Of a stretch of 64,000 nt of DNA, positions 41,431 to 52,629 are shown in pieces; within the stretch, counting starts at the first letter, position 1, and the number at the start of each line of letters is the position of its first letter. The notes beneath the pieces were generated by a model. The model made no database searches, had not been told where the DNA came from, and was given only the letters and a program-made list of their open reading frames with translations. The stretch comes from Octopus sinensis (taxonomy: Eukaryota), in contig NC_042998.1 of the NCBI RefSeq assembly GCF_006345805.1, positions 100,874,001-100,938,000 of the forward strand, written 5' to 3'. The translations under genes were made by a program, and so were the position numbers.

Positions 41431-41587
41431 TAAACAGTAAAAATAATTACAGACATGGACAAGAACATGAAACACCACAGAGACGACACAAGAACCACAG
41501 GACGGGACACCCGAAGCCCCCAGCCATCAGCCAAGAACCAGACCATCCCAGCAACCTCGGCTGATTAATCTTGATATATATATATAT

Positions 41588-41700
41588 ACAGAGGTTGAAC
41601 AAAATAATGGAAACACATTAAAATTTCAAACAATTTTTTTTTAATATGTAGTAGGACCGCCTTTGGCGGTAATTACAGATTGAATTCTACGAAGAGTGAC
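41588..41700. mobile_element. Tc1 terminal fragment, same family as 60601-61861
   Basis: tacagaggttgaacaaaataatggaaacac.ttaaaatttcaaa...gtagga.c.cctttggc.gtaattacag matches the left end of the 60.6-kb Tc1. Confidence 0.85.
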
Positions 41701-41929
41701 ATGGGGATGGAACAATGGAGTGGACTGACCCATAAAGATTGGGAGACAAGCCTGAAAAGAGGGGAAGAAGTGGGGGATGGGGAATAATATCAAATAGCTG
41801 GAAGATGAGTTAATTGTCAGATATATTTAGAAAGGAGAGAAATTGTAGCTAAGGAGATATGTCAATGTTTTGAAGCGTGAGATGGGGGTGTTAGGTATTC
41901 TGGATTGCAATGTAACATTGTCAATGCAA

Positions 41930-42500
41930 ACCAAGATATCAATTGTGGAAAGTAGTATGTGCGGAATGATATCTTCACACTTGCCCACACAGAAGCCAAG
42001 TAGAAAGAAGCATGGAAATGCTGCAAGAGGTTACTGAATGAGAAAAGTGTATAGGAAAGGAATTGCCTCAAGTAAGCCTTCTGAAGTGGTCGATATGAAG
42101 ACAGGGAAAGCAACAGAGTCATCTGGAATAGTTGCTGCGACAACAAAAATGTCAGGCGAGATGTGATACGGGCTGGTTGCTGACAAGATGATTTAGATAG
42201 TGCAGGGAGGTGCCATTCAATGCCAGGTGCATCGGTACTATCGTAACACCTACAAAGGCAAAAAGGATGCTCTCGAGGGAAGCAACTACAGAAGCATCAA
42301 ATTGATGAACAAAGGTGAGAAAGTGATAAAATGAGATATAGAACTACTAATTAGGGAGGAAATTAGCGTAAATGAGATGCAGTTTGAGTTTATGACTATA
42401 TGGAGCTCATCGATGCTTTTTCTAAGTGATGCAATTACAGAAGTTCTTAACTAAGAGTACTATACCTAACATTCAGATATATTGCCCAAGATAGTATGGA
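41930..42500 (+). mobile_element. RTE-clade LINE ORF fragment (pre-RT to RT start), decayed
   Basis: MKTGKA..SGIVA..., YKGKKDALEGSNYRSIKL, EISVNEMQFEF. Confidence 0.85.
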
Positions 42501-42894
42501 TGACATGTTATAGGAACTATCACACAGGCGGCGAACTGGCAGAAACGTTAGCACGCCGGGCGAAATGCTTAGCAGTATTTCGTCTGCCGCTACGTTCCGA
42601 GTTCAAATTCCGCCGAGGTCGACTTTGCCTTTCATCTTTTCGGGGTCGATTAAATAAGTACCAATTATGCACTGGGGTCGATATAATCGACTTAATCCGT
42701 TCGTCTGTCCTTGTTTGTCCTCTCTGTGTTTAGCCCCTTGTGGGTAGTAAAGAAATAGGAACTATTGGACTGATCTAAACGCTTGCATACGCGTGAACGC
42801 TGTTAAAGGCATCTAGGGATCAGCTGCATCTACACTGGTGACTGTAGACCCCCTTTCCAGTTAATGTTCCAATATAAGCCCTTTTACACCCCCC

Positions 42895-43335
42895 CCCAGC
42901 TAGCATCACTTTTTCTGCGGGAGGTTGAGTTTTGAATTTCTTTTTCACTGGCGATTCCGGGTGTTTCCGTGTCACACTATGCCTTTTGGATTCTGGCTCA
43001 AAGCAGTAGACTCCGGTCTCATTCTTTGTGAGTATTCTCTCTCGAAAAGAGCTACATCGCCTTCATCGTCGTAGCGGTGGAGTAAGTGTTGACAAATCAC
43101 CTCACAGTTGCTCTTATGCGCTTCGGTAAGTTCCTTGGGCAGCCATCTCGCACAAACTTTACGGAAGCGAAACTTGTCGTGGATGATTTCGTATACAAAA
43201 CCGTGACTAATTTGCAGAGAGTATGCCTCTCATTCGATGGTCACACGTCGGTTGACCAGAACTAACTCTCGAGATTGTTGAATCTTCAGGTCAGTGGTGG
43301 AGGTTGATAGCCATCCTGCTCTCTTTCCGTACTTC
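42895..43335 (-). mobile_element. Mariner transposase internal fragment (second family)
   Basis: Manual translation NRRVTI...IIHDKFRFRKVCARWLPKELTEAHK...FEPESKR...KKFK...KVML. Confidence 0.9.
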
Positions 43336-43598
43336 ATCCTTGTCTAGTTAATTTTAAACGCACACACACACACACACACACACACATAACCCCATACCTT
43401 GATACTGTGTGGATTGAGTTTCCTGTTGACACCGGCATAAGGAATCCTAGCTTGTTAGGTTAAGACTTCTAATTCGGATAGTTGAAATTGTGATATCGCC
43501 TTGATGTAATGATTAGCACGGTTATACGGTTTACAGCTGATGCAGGTACGATTCCCGTTGGCCGTGTTACAACTTTTCCCATCTTCATACATACATAC

Positions 43599-43644
<46 letters not shown>

Positions 43645-43645
43645 T

Positions 43646-43701
<56 letters not shown>

Positions 43702-43841
43702 GATTCATAATCAAGGTGCAGAAATGGCGTATTCCGAATGAACAAGGTAATATAATCCGATGGTAGAAAGAATTAGGTACTCCAAAGTCAGTCGGAAGGT
43801 CGGGTGTCTGTGTGAGCGTGCGTAAATAGTAAATCCAAGTA

Positions 43842-44150
43842 AAGTATTAGCAGACGCTCAATGAAAGAAAGAAAGGTGGTTTTACGTTTCGAGCAAAGCT
43901 CTTCTTCGGAAACAGGAGACAGAGGAAAGTCCAATAGAGGACGGAGGAGAAAAAAATCGCCAACGATTCACTGGCCCCCTCTGTCTTCTTATTCTATTGG
44001 CTTTTTCTTGATCTCCTGTTTTCGAAGAAGAGCTTTGCTCGAAACGTAAAACCACATTTCTTTCCTTCTTTGAGCGCCTCCTAATACTTCTAATACTTTA
44101 CATGTAGCACTCTTCGCGTTGTTGATTTTTGTGTTTGTTCTTCATTTTTA
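43842..44150. mobile_element. Short palindromic element made of two Penelope-like ends, each with a minimal hammerhead motif
   Basis: ~75-bp inverted arms (43842-43919, 44012-44086). Motifs at 43879-43913(-) and 44018-44052(+): GTTT (c/t)cgaaga a GAGC ttt GCTC gaaa CGT A AAAC. Confidence 0.75.
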
Positions 44151-44203
44151 TTATATATATATATATATATATATAGGAAAAAAGCAACAAGAATGGATTA
44201 AAA

Positions 44204-44291
44204 TCTCGGTACGATCGTTTCGTACGAGGACATCTTTAATAAGCTACAAAAAATGCAGTGAATACAGATGGCTCGTACTCGTCAGCCGAAA
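44204..44291 (-). ncRNA. Type I hammerhead ribozyme in the Penelope 3' repeat
   Basis: Reverse complement of 47599-47686; canonical CUGACGA and GAAA, GUA site. Confidence 0.9.
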
Positions 44292-45495
44292 AAACATCAG
44301 AGAATTCCCAAACATCAAAAGGGGTAGATACAAAAGAGGTTGTAAGATTAACTTCATTGAAGAAAGTTCGATTCATGGAGATCCGATGAAAGGTTTTAAA
44401 CTTACAGAATTTGTGCATGTCTACATATAGCTCATATTAAATTGCTAATCAAGTTGTGTGAAGAAATTTTCGGATACAGTCATGCAAAATTTCTGAAAAT
44501 CCGAGTAAGAAGCAAAATGACTGTCATATCGTGTAGAGGAAAGTCTGAGTAAAAAGCAAAGTGACTGTCATAACGTGTAGAGGAACAGATTGATATTGAA
44601 ATTTATAAGAATCGCAGATAAGTTCGATTCTTGGAGATCCGATGAAAAGTCTTGAACTTACAGAATATGTGCATGTCCTTATAGTTCATAATCCAGTTTT
44701 GTGAAGAGATTTAGGGTACAATCATGCGAAAATATCAGGGAATCCGAATGAGAAGCAAAGTGACAGTCTTATACTGTAGAGGTGCAGGTTGTTAATGAAT
44801 TTTACAAGAATCACAGAGAGAGGAGGAAGGAAGTAGAATTTAATCAGTTACTGCTATTAAAGCTATCAAAGAGAAAGGGAAGGGGAAGCTAAGGGGATGG
44901 GCACAAATTGATACTACCAGAAAATCTAAGCTTGTTTAGTGCAAAATTCGAACTGAGGTCAACAATTTATTTCTTTATTTATAAATGTTGCTATTAATAG
45001 ATTGACAGGTTACAATGAGAGGTCATTAGAAAGGAAAGAAAAATGGGGTTGTTTTTTAATGAAACCAAACAATTATATTATTATTATACTATACTATAAT
45101 ACACTACACTATATTATATTATATTATTTTATATTATATTATATCACATCACAATACACTACGATAGGTTTGGGATTAGCAGAATTAATAATTAGTGTAA
45201 AAGAAACCTAAGAGATTTAACTAACTAATTTTTATATATGGGTTAAAGTGAAATAGACTAAGAAATGGAGAGAAAAATAGAGCAAAAATTTAAATTATTA
45301 ATATGGTCCAATAGAAATAAATCAAATAATTTAAATCAATAAGTATCAAATAGTACAATCAGAGAGAGAATATAATCATAGCTAGTTAGATCTTATCTTT
45401 CTAGTTAAATATATAATATACTATGTAGGAGTGATATATAAGTCAAAGTGAAATTTATACAAAGTGATTCCAGTATACAGTTATCAATTGAAATA

Positions 45496-46524
45496 TCATT
45501 TAAAGTATTTAAGAGTCTTAACTCGAGCATGTATACAAGAATTTCCAAGTTCAATTCTGCTGTTTAATGGAATTTCTCTATTATTTCTATACATTAGTAT
45601 TTCAAATGCTTCCATGGAGCAAAGTTGGCAACCTACTCTGCCATTTTTATAGGGTTTTGCTCTTCTGACTAATTCCCAATTAAGGTTATATTTGATATTA
45701 TTGTTTTTTAGTTCCCAAATTTTACTAGAAAGAGTGGTGCTATCAGCTTTATGACGTAATTTGAAGGATGAGAGATGGTTATTCAATCTCTGTTTAAAAT
45801 TTACAGTACATCCAACATAAGAGAACTTATTATTATCTGTGGTTACGGAGCATTTGTAGATTATGTTAGTTAACCCGCATAAACCAGGGGCCGGGCATTT
45901 TGATTTAATTCTGAAATTACATCTAGGGGCATTATAATTAGAGGTGGAATAACTTGAGGATAGAAGTCTCATATTACTGTTGTTCGAAGCAGAGCGGGTA
46001 AATTTATCATGATTTTGATTATTGTTATTATCTAAAAAAGCTCTATCATTATTGTAGTTAATATTATTATCTAAAATAGTATTATCATTTATTGGTATTC
46101 TTACATTTTCATTTGGTTCTAAAGCCCTACTTTCATTATTAATATTATTGGTGCTGCTATCTAAAATAATGTTATCATTATTGTAGTTAATGTTATCTCC
46201 TAAAGTAGTATTATCATTTGTCGGTATTCTTACATTATCGTTTGGTTCTATAACCCTACTATCATTATTGATATTGTTGATGCTATTAGTATTGCTGTCG
46301 GTATTGTTTTCTAAATGTGTAGTGTTGTTGCTGATAATATTGTTACCCTCATTCACTGTACTTACATTCCTGGTATTATTCAAATTATTAACATAATCAT
46401 TCCTATTTATGTTATTATTGTTGTTAACAATTCCATAGCTATTGGTTATATTTATTATATGACATTCCTTATTATTATTATTGTTGCCATTATTACTTTC
46501 CGTACTGTTATTACAATTTTCCAT
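45496..46524 (-). CDS. Penelope-like ORF C-terminal part: Asn-rich linker plus GIY-YIG endonuclease (continues 46538-47479 through a frameshift)
   Basis: CNFRIKSKCP..CGLTNIIYKC...SYVGCT..FKQRLNNH...IWELK...CQLCSMEAFEI...LNSR...CIH. Confidence 0.9.
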   Translation of the reverse strand: MENCNNSTESNNGNNNNNKECHIINITNSYGIVNNNNNINRNDYVNNLNNTRNVSTVNEGNNIISNNTTHLENNTDSNTNSINNINNDSRVIEPNDNVRIPTNDNTTLGDNINYNNDNIILDSSTNNINNESRALEPNENVRIPINDNTILDNNINYNNDRAFLDNNNNQNHDKFTRSASNNSNMRLLSSSYSTSNYNAPRCNFRIKSKCPAPGLCGLTNIIYKCSVTTDNNKFSYVGCTVNFKQRLNNHLSSFKLRHKADSTTLSSKIWELKNNNIKYNLNWELVRRAKPYKNGRVGCQLCSMEAFEILMYRNNREIPLNSRIELGNSCIHARVKTLKYFK

Positions 46525-46537
46525 TGTATTTTTATTT

Positions 46538-47479
46538 TTATTGATTAAATTTTTTCTGGCTAGTTTTATGTTTGATCTTAGCTATTAAAGTGGACATATT
46601 TGGGAGAGTTGAATAAGAAATTCTGACTGTTTTTTTAGAAATAATTTTATGATATCTATGAGAGGATGGGAAATTTTTTTCTAGAATTGTTTTGAATCTA
46701 CTCTGAATATCTGATGAAACCGCACAGTTAAAAGGGATGTTTAGCCATATTATGTCTTTCTTATTAAATTTCTTAGAAATTGAGTTAGGGCTGCTAGAAT
46801 TTTTCCCACTAGAGTTAGGGTTGTTAGAATTAATCCTACCATCATCAGATTCTTTGTATTTATTAATGTTCCTGTTAGCATGTTTGCTAGTTTTATCCAA
46901 GTTTATTTTATCCTTATTATAAGTGTTCAATGTTATGTTTTTATTAATGTTCTTAATATCAATAGGGTACTTTGCCGTTGTAAATCTATTTCTACTATCC
47001 TTTCTGGCTTGGTCATTATTGTTGTCTACGTTACTAATTGTATGTTTCTTAATTTTATTTAAGGTTGTCTTATCAGGGCTATCTATGTTATGGTCTATGT
47101 ATTTATCCTTATACTTATTATCATTACGATTAGATGTTGTATTAGATCCACATCTATGTATCTTTTCGGCTTGATCATTTTTGTTGTTTATGTGGTTATT
47201 GCTGTTTAAATTACTTAACTTATTATGATGAGTTCCAAGGTTTTCCGTATCTTCAAATGTAATTTTCTGGTTATATCCTGCTCTAGATAACGCCTCATTG
47301 TAATGTCCTGAGTGTGAGTTAAATATATTAAAATTAGACGATAATTTGGATATTCTTATAGAAATATTTCTAACTAAGGAATTAATTATATTTGGGGGAT
47401 GATTAGATAATTTATTTACGTAACTAGTGATTTCACCTTCCTTTCTAAATGGATAATGTAGTTTGGAGTTAAGGTCCAA
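46538..47479 (-). CDS. Penelope-like RT thumb/connection region, 5'-truncated (no catalytic core)
   Basis: PFRK...YVNKLSNHPPNII...RISKLSSN..IF...YNEALSRAGY; later IIWLNIPF...KNFP..H..HKI.....RISYSTLPNM. Confidence 0.88.
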   Translation of the reverse strand: MDLNSKLHYPFRKEGEITSYVNKLSNHPPNIINSLVRNISIRISKLSSNFNIFNSHSGHYNEALSRAGYNQKITFEDTENLGTHHNKLSNLNSNNHINNKNDQAEKIHRCGSNTTSNRNDNKYKDKYIDHNIDSPDKTTLNKIKKHTISNVDNNNDQARKDSRNRFTTAKYPIDIKNINKNITLNTYNKDKINLDKTSKHANRNINKYKESDDGRINSNNPNSSGKNSSSPNSISKKFNKKDIIWLNIPFNCAVSSDIQSRFKTILEKNFPSSHRYHKIISKKTVRISYSTLPNMSTLIAKIKHKTSQKKFNQ

Positions 47480-47598
47480 ATTCTGTAAGTTTAAAACCTT
47501 TCATCGGATCTCCATGAATCGAACTTTCTTCAATGAAGTTAATCTTACAACCTCTTTTGTATCTACCCCTTTTGATGTTTGGGAATTCTCTGATGTTT

Positions 47599-47686
47599 TT
47601 TCGGCTGACGAGTACGAGCCATCTGTATTCACTGCATTTTTTGTAGCTTATTAAAGATGTCCTCGTACGAAACGATCGTACCGAGA
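47599..47686 (+). ncRNA. Type I hammerhead ribozyme with extended stem II, in the inverted Penelope end
   Basis: TTTCGG CTGACGA GTACGAG..CATCT...AGATG..CTCGTAC GAAA C gatc G TA | CCGAGA; predicted cleavage after 47680. Confidence 0.92.
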
Positions 47687-47836
47687 TTTTAATCCATTCT
47701 TGTTGCTTTTTTCCTATTTGTAATCACCCCACTTGTCGTATGGTTAACACCATATAGATTTCCGGTGCATCCTAGTTAAGGACCATATTCATGTGAATTC
47801 TTTAGAATTCACTTGAATCTCAATCACTTAACCGTA

Positions 47837-47862
47837 TATATATATATATATATATATAATAT

Positions 47863-47940
<78 letters not shown>
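47837..47940. repeat. (TA)n microsatellite
   Basis: Directly visible. Confidence 0.98.
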
Positions 47941-47946
<6 letters not shown>

Positions 47947-49009
47947 GAGTGTTCACATATACTTATATATCTTTCTTTAATAAACTTGCGCTTCCATATA
48001 TATCCAATTTCACTTGTATCAGATCAACACATACATGTCTCATCAACGAGCTCTTAGTTAAATTTGCAAGAGTACAATTAACAGATGCTAGAAGATAATT
48101 TTTACTTTAATACTATCTCAGCTTTAAAATCTCACGATATTTGTTATATTTTCTCTTTCTCTTCTCTCTAATCTCTTTCATTCTATCTCTAATAGATATA
48201 CGTTGTGTTAATACACATCCAGTGCGTTTTGTGATAGTATAGACACTCGTCTTCTTTCGCTTTACCAAACATGACTACATTTTTGCACCTTCTCTATACG
48301 ACTTTGTATATAGTGATATCATGGAAACAGCATGTAAAGGACATATTTGCAACCCACTTTCTGTCTGTCTGACTCTGTCGCTCTGACTGTCTGCTTACCT
48401 GTCTGTCTGAATATCTCTGAACCCATATAAAGGAGAGAGCCTTTAAGCTCAGCTGATTAGATCCTCATCGTGTCACCTCTGTTCATTAACAAAGGCCCTC
48501 TTCCTTCCCTACGATCGAAACAGAGATTACACAAGCTGACTACCAATTATGGAAAGTAGTAACTCTGAATAAGAACTAACATGTAGGGCTCTCGTCTGTC
48601 AGTGCTGACCATGCATCTGTACATTTATGAGCTGACGCAGGCAGGGTTACCTATGCATACAAGTCTTCCCTCTCCATGCCACTAATCTTGTCCAGGGCAA
48701 AGGACATCAACTTGGGTTGTTAGAGTTTGGCATCAATATCGCTGCAGTCACTACTGTCAGGGTGTAAAGAGCTGGAACAAATACCGCAAGGCATCTCACC
48801 CAGCTCTATCAGTTCCGCCAAGCCCCACCCTGGATTGGTAAAAGTCTTTTATCGACCTTGAAAGGGTGAAAAACAAAGCTGGCCTCGGCGAGATTTCAAC
48901 TTAGAACGTGGAGAGTCGGAACAAATACTGCAAAGTATTCTATTCAATCCTCTACGCCGTAAGAACTGACATACAAGACCAACTGAAGATACCGGTAAAA
49001 AATGTGTGT

Positions 49010-49056
<47 letters not shown>

Positions 49057-49763
49057 ACGTGTATTCGCACACAAGACGACTTGGAATATGACAACCTTTC
49101 TAACCTATGCTAATTGCAAGGTTTTTTGTGTAAACTCGTGTGTCGAAACAGATGTTCTTCTACTTTGGTAGGGGAGGATCATTTTGCTAACAGAAGCACC
49201 TCATGGTTTTAAATAATGTAATCGACTGACCCCAACTTCTAAAATTACCGGCCTTGTGCCAAACTTTGAAAGTGTTATTAATCAATTAATTAAGGCGGCG
49301 ATCTGGCATAATCGACTGTGCCTCGCACAAAAATGCTTTGTGGCATTTTTTTTTTTTGCTCTTTACTTTCTCGGTTCAAATTCCACAGGGTCGACTTTGC
49401 CTTTTATCCTTTCGGGTTCGATAAAATAAGAACCAGTTAAGCACCGGGGTTGATATAATCTACTTACCCACTCTCTCAAAAATTGCTGGCCTTCTGCCAA
49501 AATTTGAAATCATTATTCGTTAATTAGTTAATTACTTTTGATCAATCAGTCGGTTGATTGCCCCGACGAAACAAATGACTGAGTGACCAACGATTGTTCA
49601 CACAACTGATTAGGTAACGAATGAACTCATACTAACAATAAAAAGAAGTGAAATACAACCTGCACGCGTATGTCTATTGACAAAATGACCTACTCGAAGT
49701 ATAACAACACCTGTTACTATATACTTTTCACACTAAGGATCTTGCAAAACAAATATATAGACG

Positions 49764-49801
<38 letters not shown>

Positions 49802-49862
49802 TTGCACACACGTACATACATACATACAAACACACACAAACGCGCACACACACGCACACACG

Positions 49863-49930
<68 letters not shown>

Positions 49931-49944
49931 AACACGCACCCACC

Positions 49945-51110
49945 ACCAAATGTCGAATTGCAACCCTTGACCAAGTTTGCATGCATGAGGCTGATAAAGC
50001 TGCTCCTTGAGCAGTATTCCTTGTCTGATAACCTTAAATATATGCCCAAACAAGTCGCACGACTCTACCGCAACGTATCATATGAAAGAATGAGCGCATG
50101 CCGGCAGACGACCATGCAAGGATATGTTACTAGAAAACTCCAAGATGATAGTAACATTGATCAAAGCAGTGTGTCATGGACCAACAACCGGAGTACTAAC
50201 TCCCACTTTGAAGGTTATGCGTTTGCAATCCAGGAACAGGAAATATCAACCAAATACCCGATGCACATAAGAGACAGAGACACAGGAAAAGCAGCAAAAT
50301 GTGATAACCGATGTAGTCTTTGTGGAGTTAACACCGAATATATAGCAGTTGTCCGAAAATGTCATTACGGTATTATCTACTGATGAGACATGATGTTGTA
50401 GCTAGAAACTGTATAATGAGATCTGTCAAAAGGATAAACCCGAGGCCAGAGACATAAGACCCCACAGTATGATGGAAGCCATACCCACTCAATAAAAAGG
50501 AAGCACTGGTGGAATGTCCCAGTGAAAACCTCAATAAAATGCAAACCTAACAGACCTGATATAGTGATTTGGGATAGAGTAGGGAAACTGTGTACAGTTG
50601 TGGAAATCACCTGCCCAGTGGATGTTACCATAAGGCTAAAGATCAGCGAAAAAAATACCTACACTGAATTATTGAGGAAGCTACAGCTATTCTACCAAGA
50701 TTACAAGTCCAGGTCTATACCTGTAATTATTGTGGCCTTGGGATATGTAACGCACTGCCTAATTACTAATCTTGCGAAATTAGGCTTCTCAAAACCAGAA
50801 ATGAGAAAACTGATTCGAAGACTACAGATCCAAACCATCACTGGAACTGTAAAAATCTCTAAAACTTTCCAAAAGTTTATCATTTAAGTATATATGAGCA
50901 TGTCTAGACATGCAGCTATATGCTCGAGAATACATACGTAAAACAAAACGTACAAATCTGCACATATACATACACATACACAAAAATACCCAGTTGATGC
51001 TGTTGAAATTCCAATGAATGAGCCTTGGATCTAGGTTAGAAACCGGTTCTTTCTCTATTGGCAAGAAACTTTGAAACAAAACTGAAAAATGACATACATG
51101 CATCTATATG
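49945..51110 (+). mobile_element. REL-class (R4/NeSL-like) LINE 3' fragment with CCHC knuckle and restriction-like endonuclease
   Basis: EGYAFAIQEQEISTKY...CSLCG..TE; RHDVVA; NRPDIVIWDR...VVEITCPVD...Y.ELLR; starts right after (CA)n. Confidence 0.9.
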
Positions 51111-51702
51111 TATGTGTGAATGCGTATGTGTGCATACATATATACATATGTACATACATGCCTGCATACATACATGCATGTATATGCATGCGTGCATACA
51201 TAGATACACACACACACACGCATGTACACACACACACACATACACACGCACATACACATCCATCTGGCTTGCTTATATAAACTGCATAGATAAAAGCAAA
51301 ATTTGTCTGCTTCGTATAAACATCGTTAGATAAAAAACACAGAAAGAAATGGAAATTTTGTCATCTTCGAACAAACTCTTTTTGAATAATGTAATTTAAA
51401 TAAGACTACTAAAATTCCTTTACAGCCTGACTCCGTTGATATATCTTTTAAGTACACTGTCTTGGGACATTTGACGAATAACAAATTGTAAAAGCGAAAT
51501 AAATGGGAATAAGATAATGCGATGTAAAGGCGTCATACTGCACGTTATATCTTATCTTTCTTCCTGAATCCCCACCTAATTACGCATGATATGAGTGGTA
51601 TGTGATCAAGAACACTTGGAAAAGGAAAGAAATATTGTAGTTCCGTACACGAACTTACTTCCTATATTTCCCTCCTTCACATTTTGTCCTACAAATTGCG
51701 AC

Positions 51703-51704
<2 letters not shown>

Positions 51705-51775
<71 letters not shown>

Positions 51776-51811
51776 ATATAATATATATATATATACATAT
51801 ATATATATTAT

Positions 51812-51857
<46 letters not shown>

Positions 51858-51907
51858 TATATATATATATATATACATATACATACATACACACACACAC
51901 ACACACA

Positions 51908-51943
<36 letters not shown>

Positions 51944-51965
51944 GTATGTATATGTATATATATAT
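51705..51965. repeat. (TA)n/(CA)n microsatellite block
   Basis: Directly visible. Confidence 0.98.
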
Positions 51966-52251
51966 ATATTTATTTTTTCAATTTCTCTTTGCCAATCCTT
52001 GATGCTCAAGTGTGTTGTTGTAGGCGGAGATGATGACGGTGGCATGATTGCTGTTTTCTTTTCTGTTGCTTAATCCAGGCTCGAACTGACCTAGTAAATT
52101 TAGGTTAGAAGAATTCCAACTATGACCATCTCATTTTCTAAAGAGATTTCTGGGACAACATTATCCAATGTGTCATATTTTTTTAAGATGGTGACGTTTG
52201 ATTTGAGGGAAATCTGGCAGCATCAGCAGTGGTGGCAGCAGCGGCAGCAAT

Positions 52252-52288
<37 letters not shown>

Positions 52289-52629
52289 CTAATAACAACA
52301 ACAACGACAATAGCAACGACGACGACTACAAATCTAGCGGTCATCAAACTCCTTGTCTGCCATTGAGTTTGGCTATCTCTTGCTTCATCAGCAAGTTCAA
52401 AAGGGCTGAACTTACTGATTGTATAACTTCTCATATATACACCTTTGAGACACCTGTCTTTCTCTACGCTACCTAGATGGCAAAGTGACGGGGTCGTTAG
52501 AATGTCGGACGGTCTAGAGATGCTCACATCATCATCCTTCTCTACTCTACTTTTGCCCGACCCACCTTGAATACTGTTTCCCACTGTGGTCTCCTCACAC
52601 GAAGCAACTCATTATGAAAGTGAAAACAC

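Larger units (their letters stand above)
44173..47836 (-). mobile_element. Penelope-like retroelement, 5'-truncated, with an inverted copy of its 3' end, inserted in (TA)n
   Basis: RT-thumb and GIY-YIG ORFs on minus; 241-bp inverted repeat 44173-44413 / 47477-47717, identical by eye; (TA)n on both flanks. Confidence 0.93.

Noticed and set aside
50383-50415. CTGATGA...GAAA on the plus strand
   Set aside because: It lies in LINE coding sequence (RHDVVA) and has no stem II pairing.
50995-51060. ctgttga...agcct/aggtt...gaaaccggtt, hammerhead-like with a palindromic stem III
   Set aside because: The core is not adjacent to stem II and no stem I can be formed.
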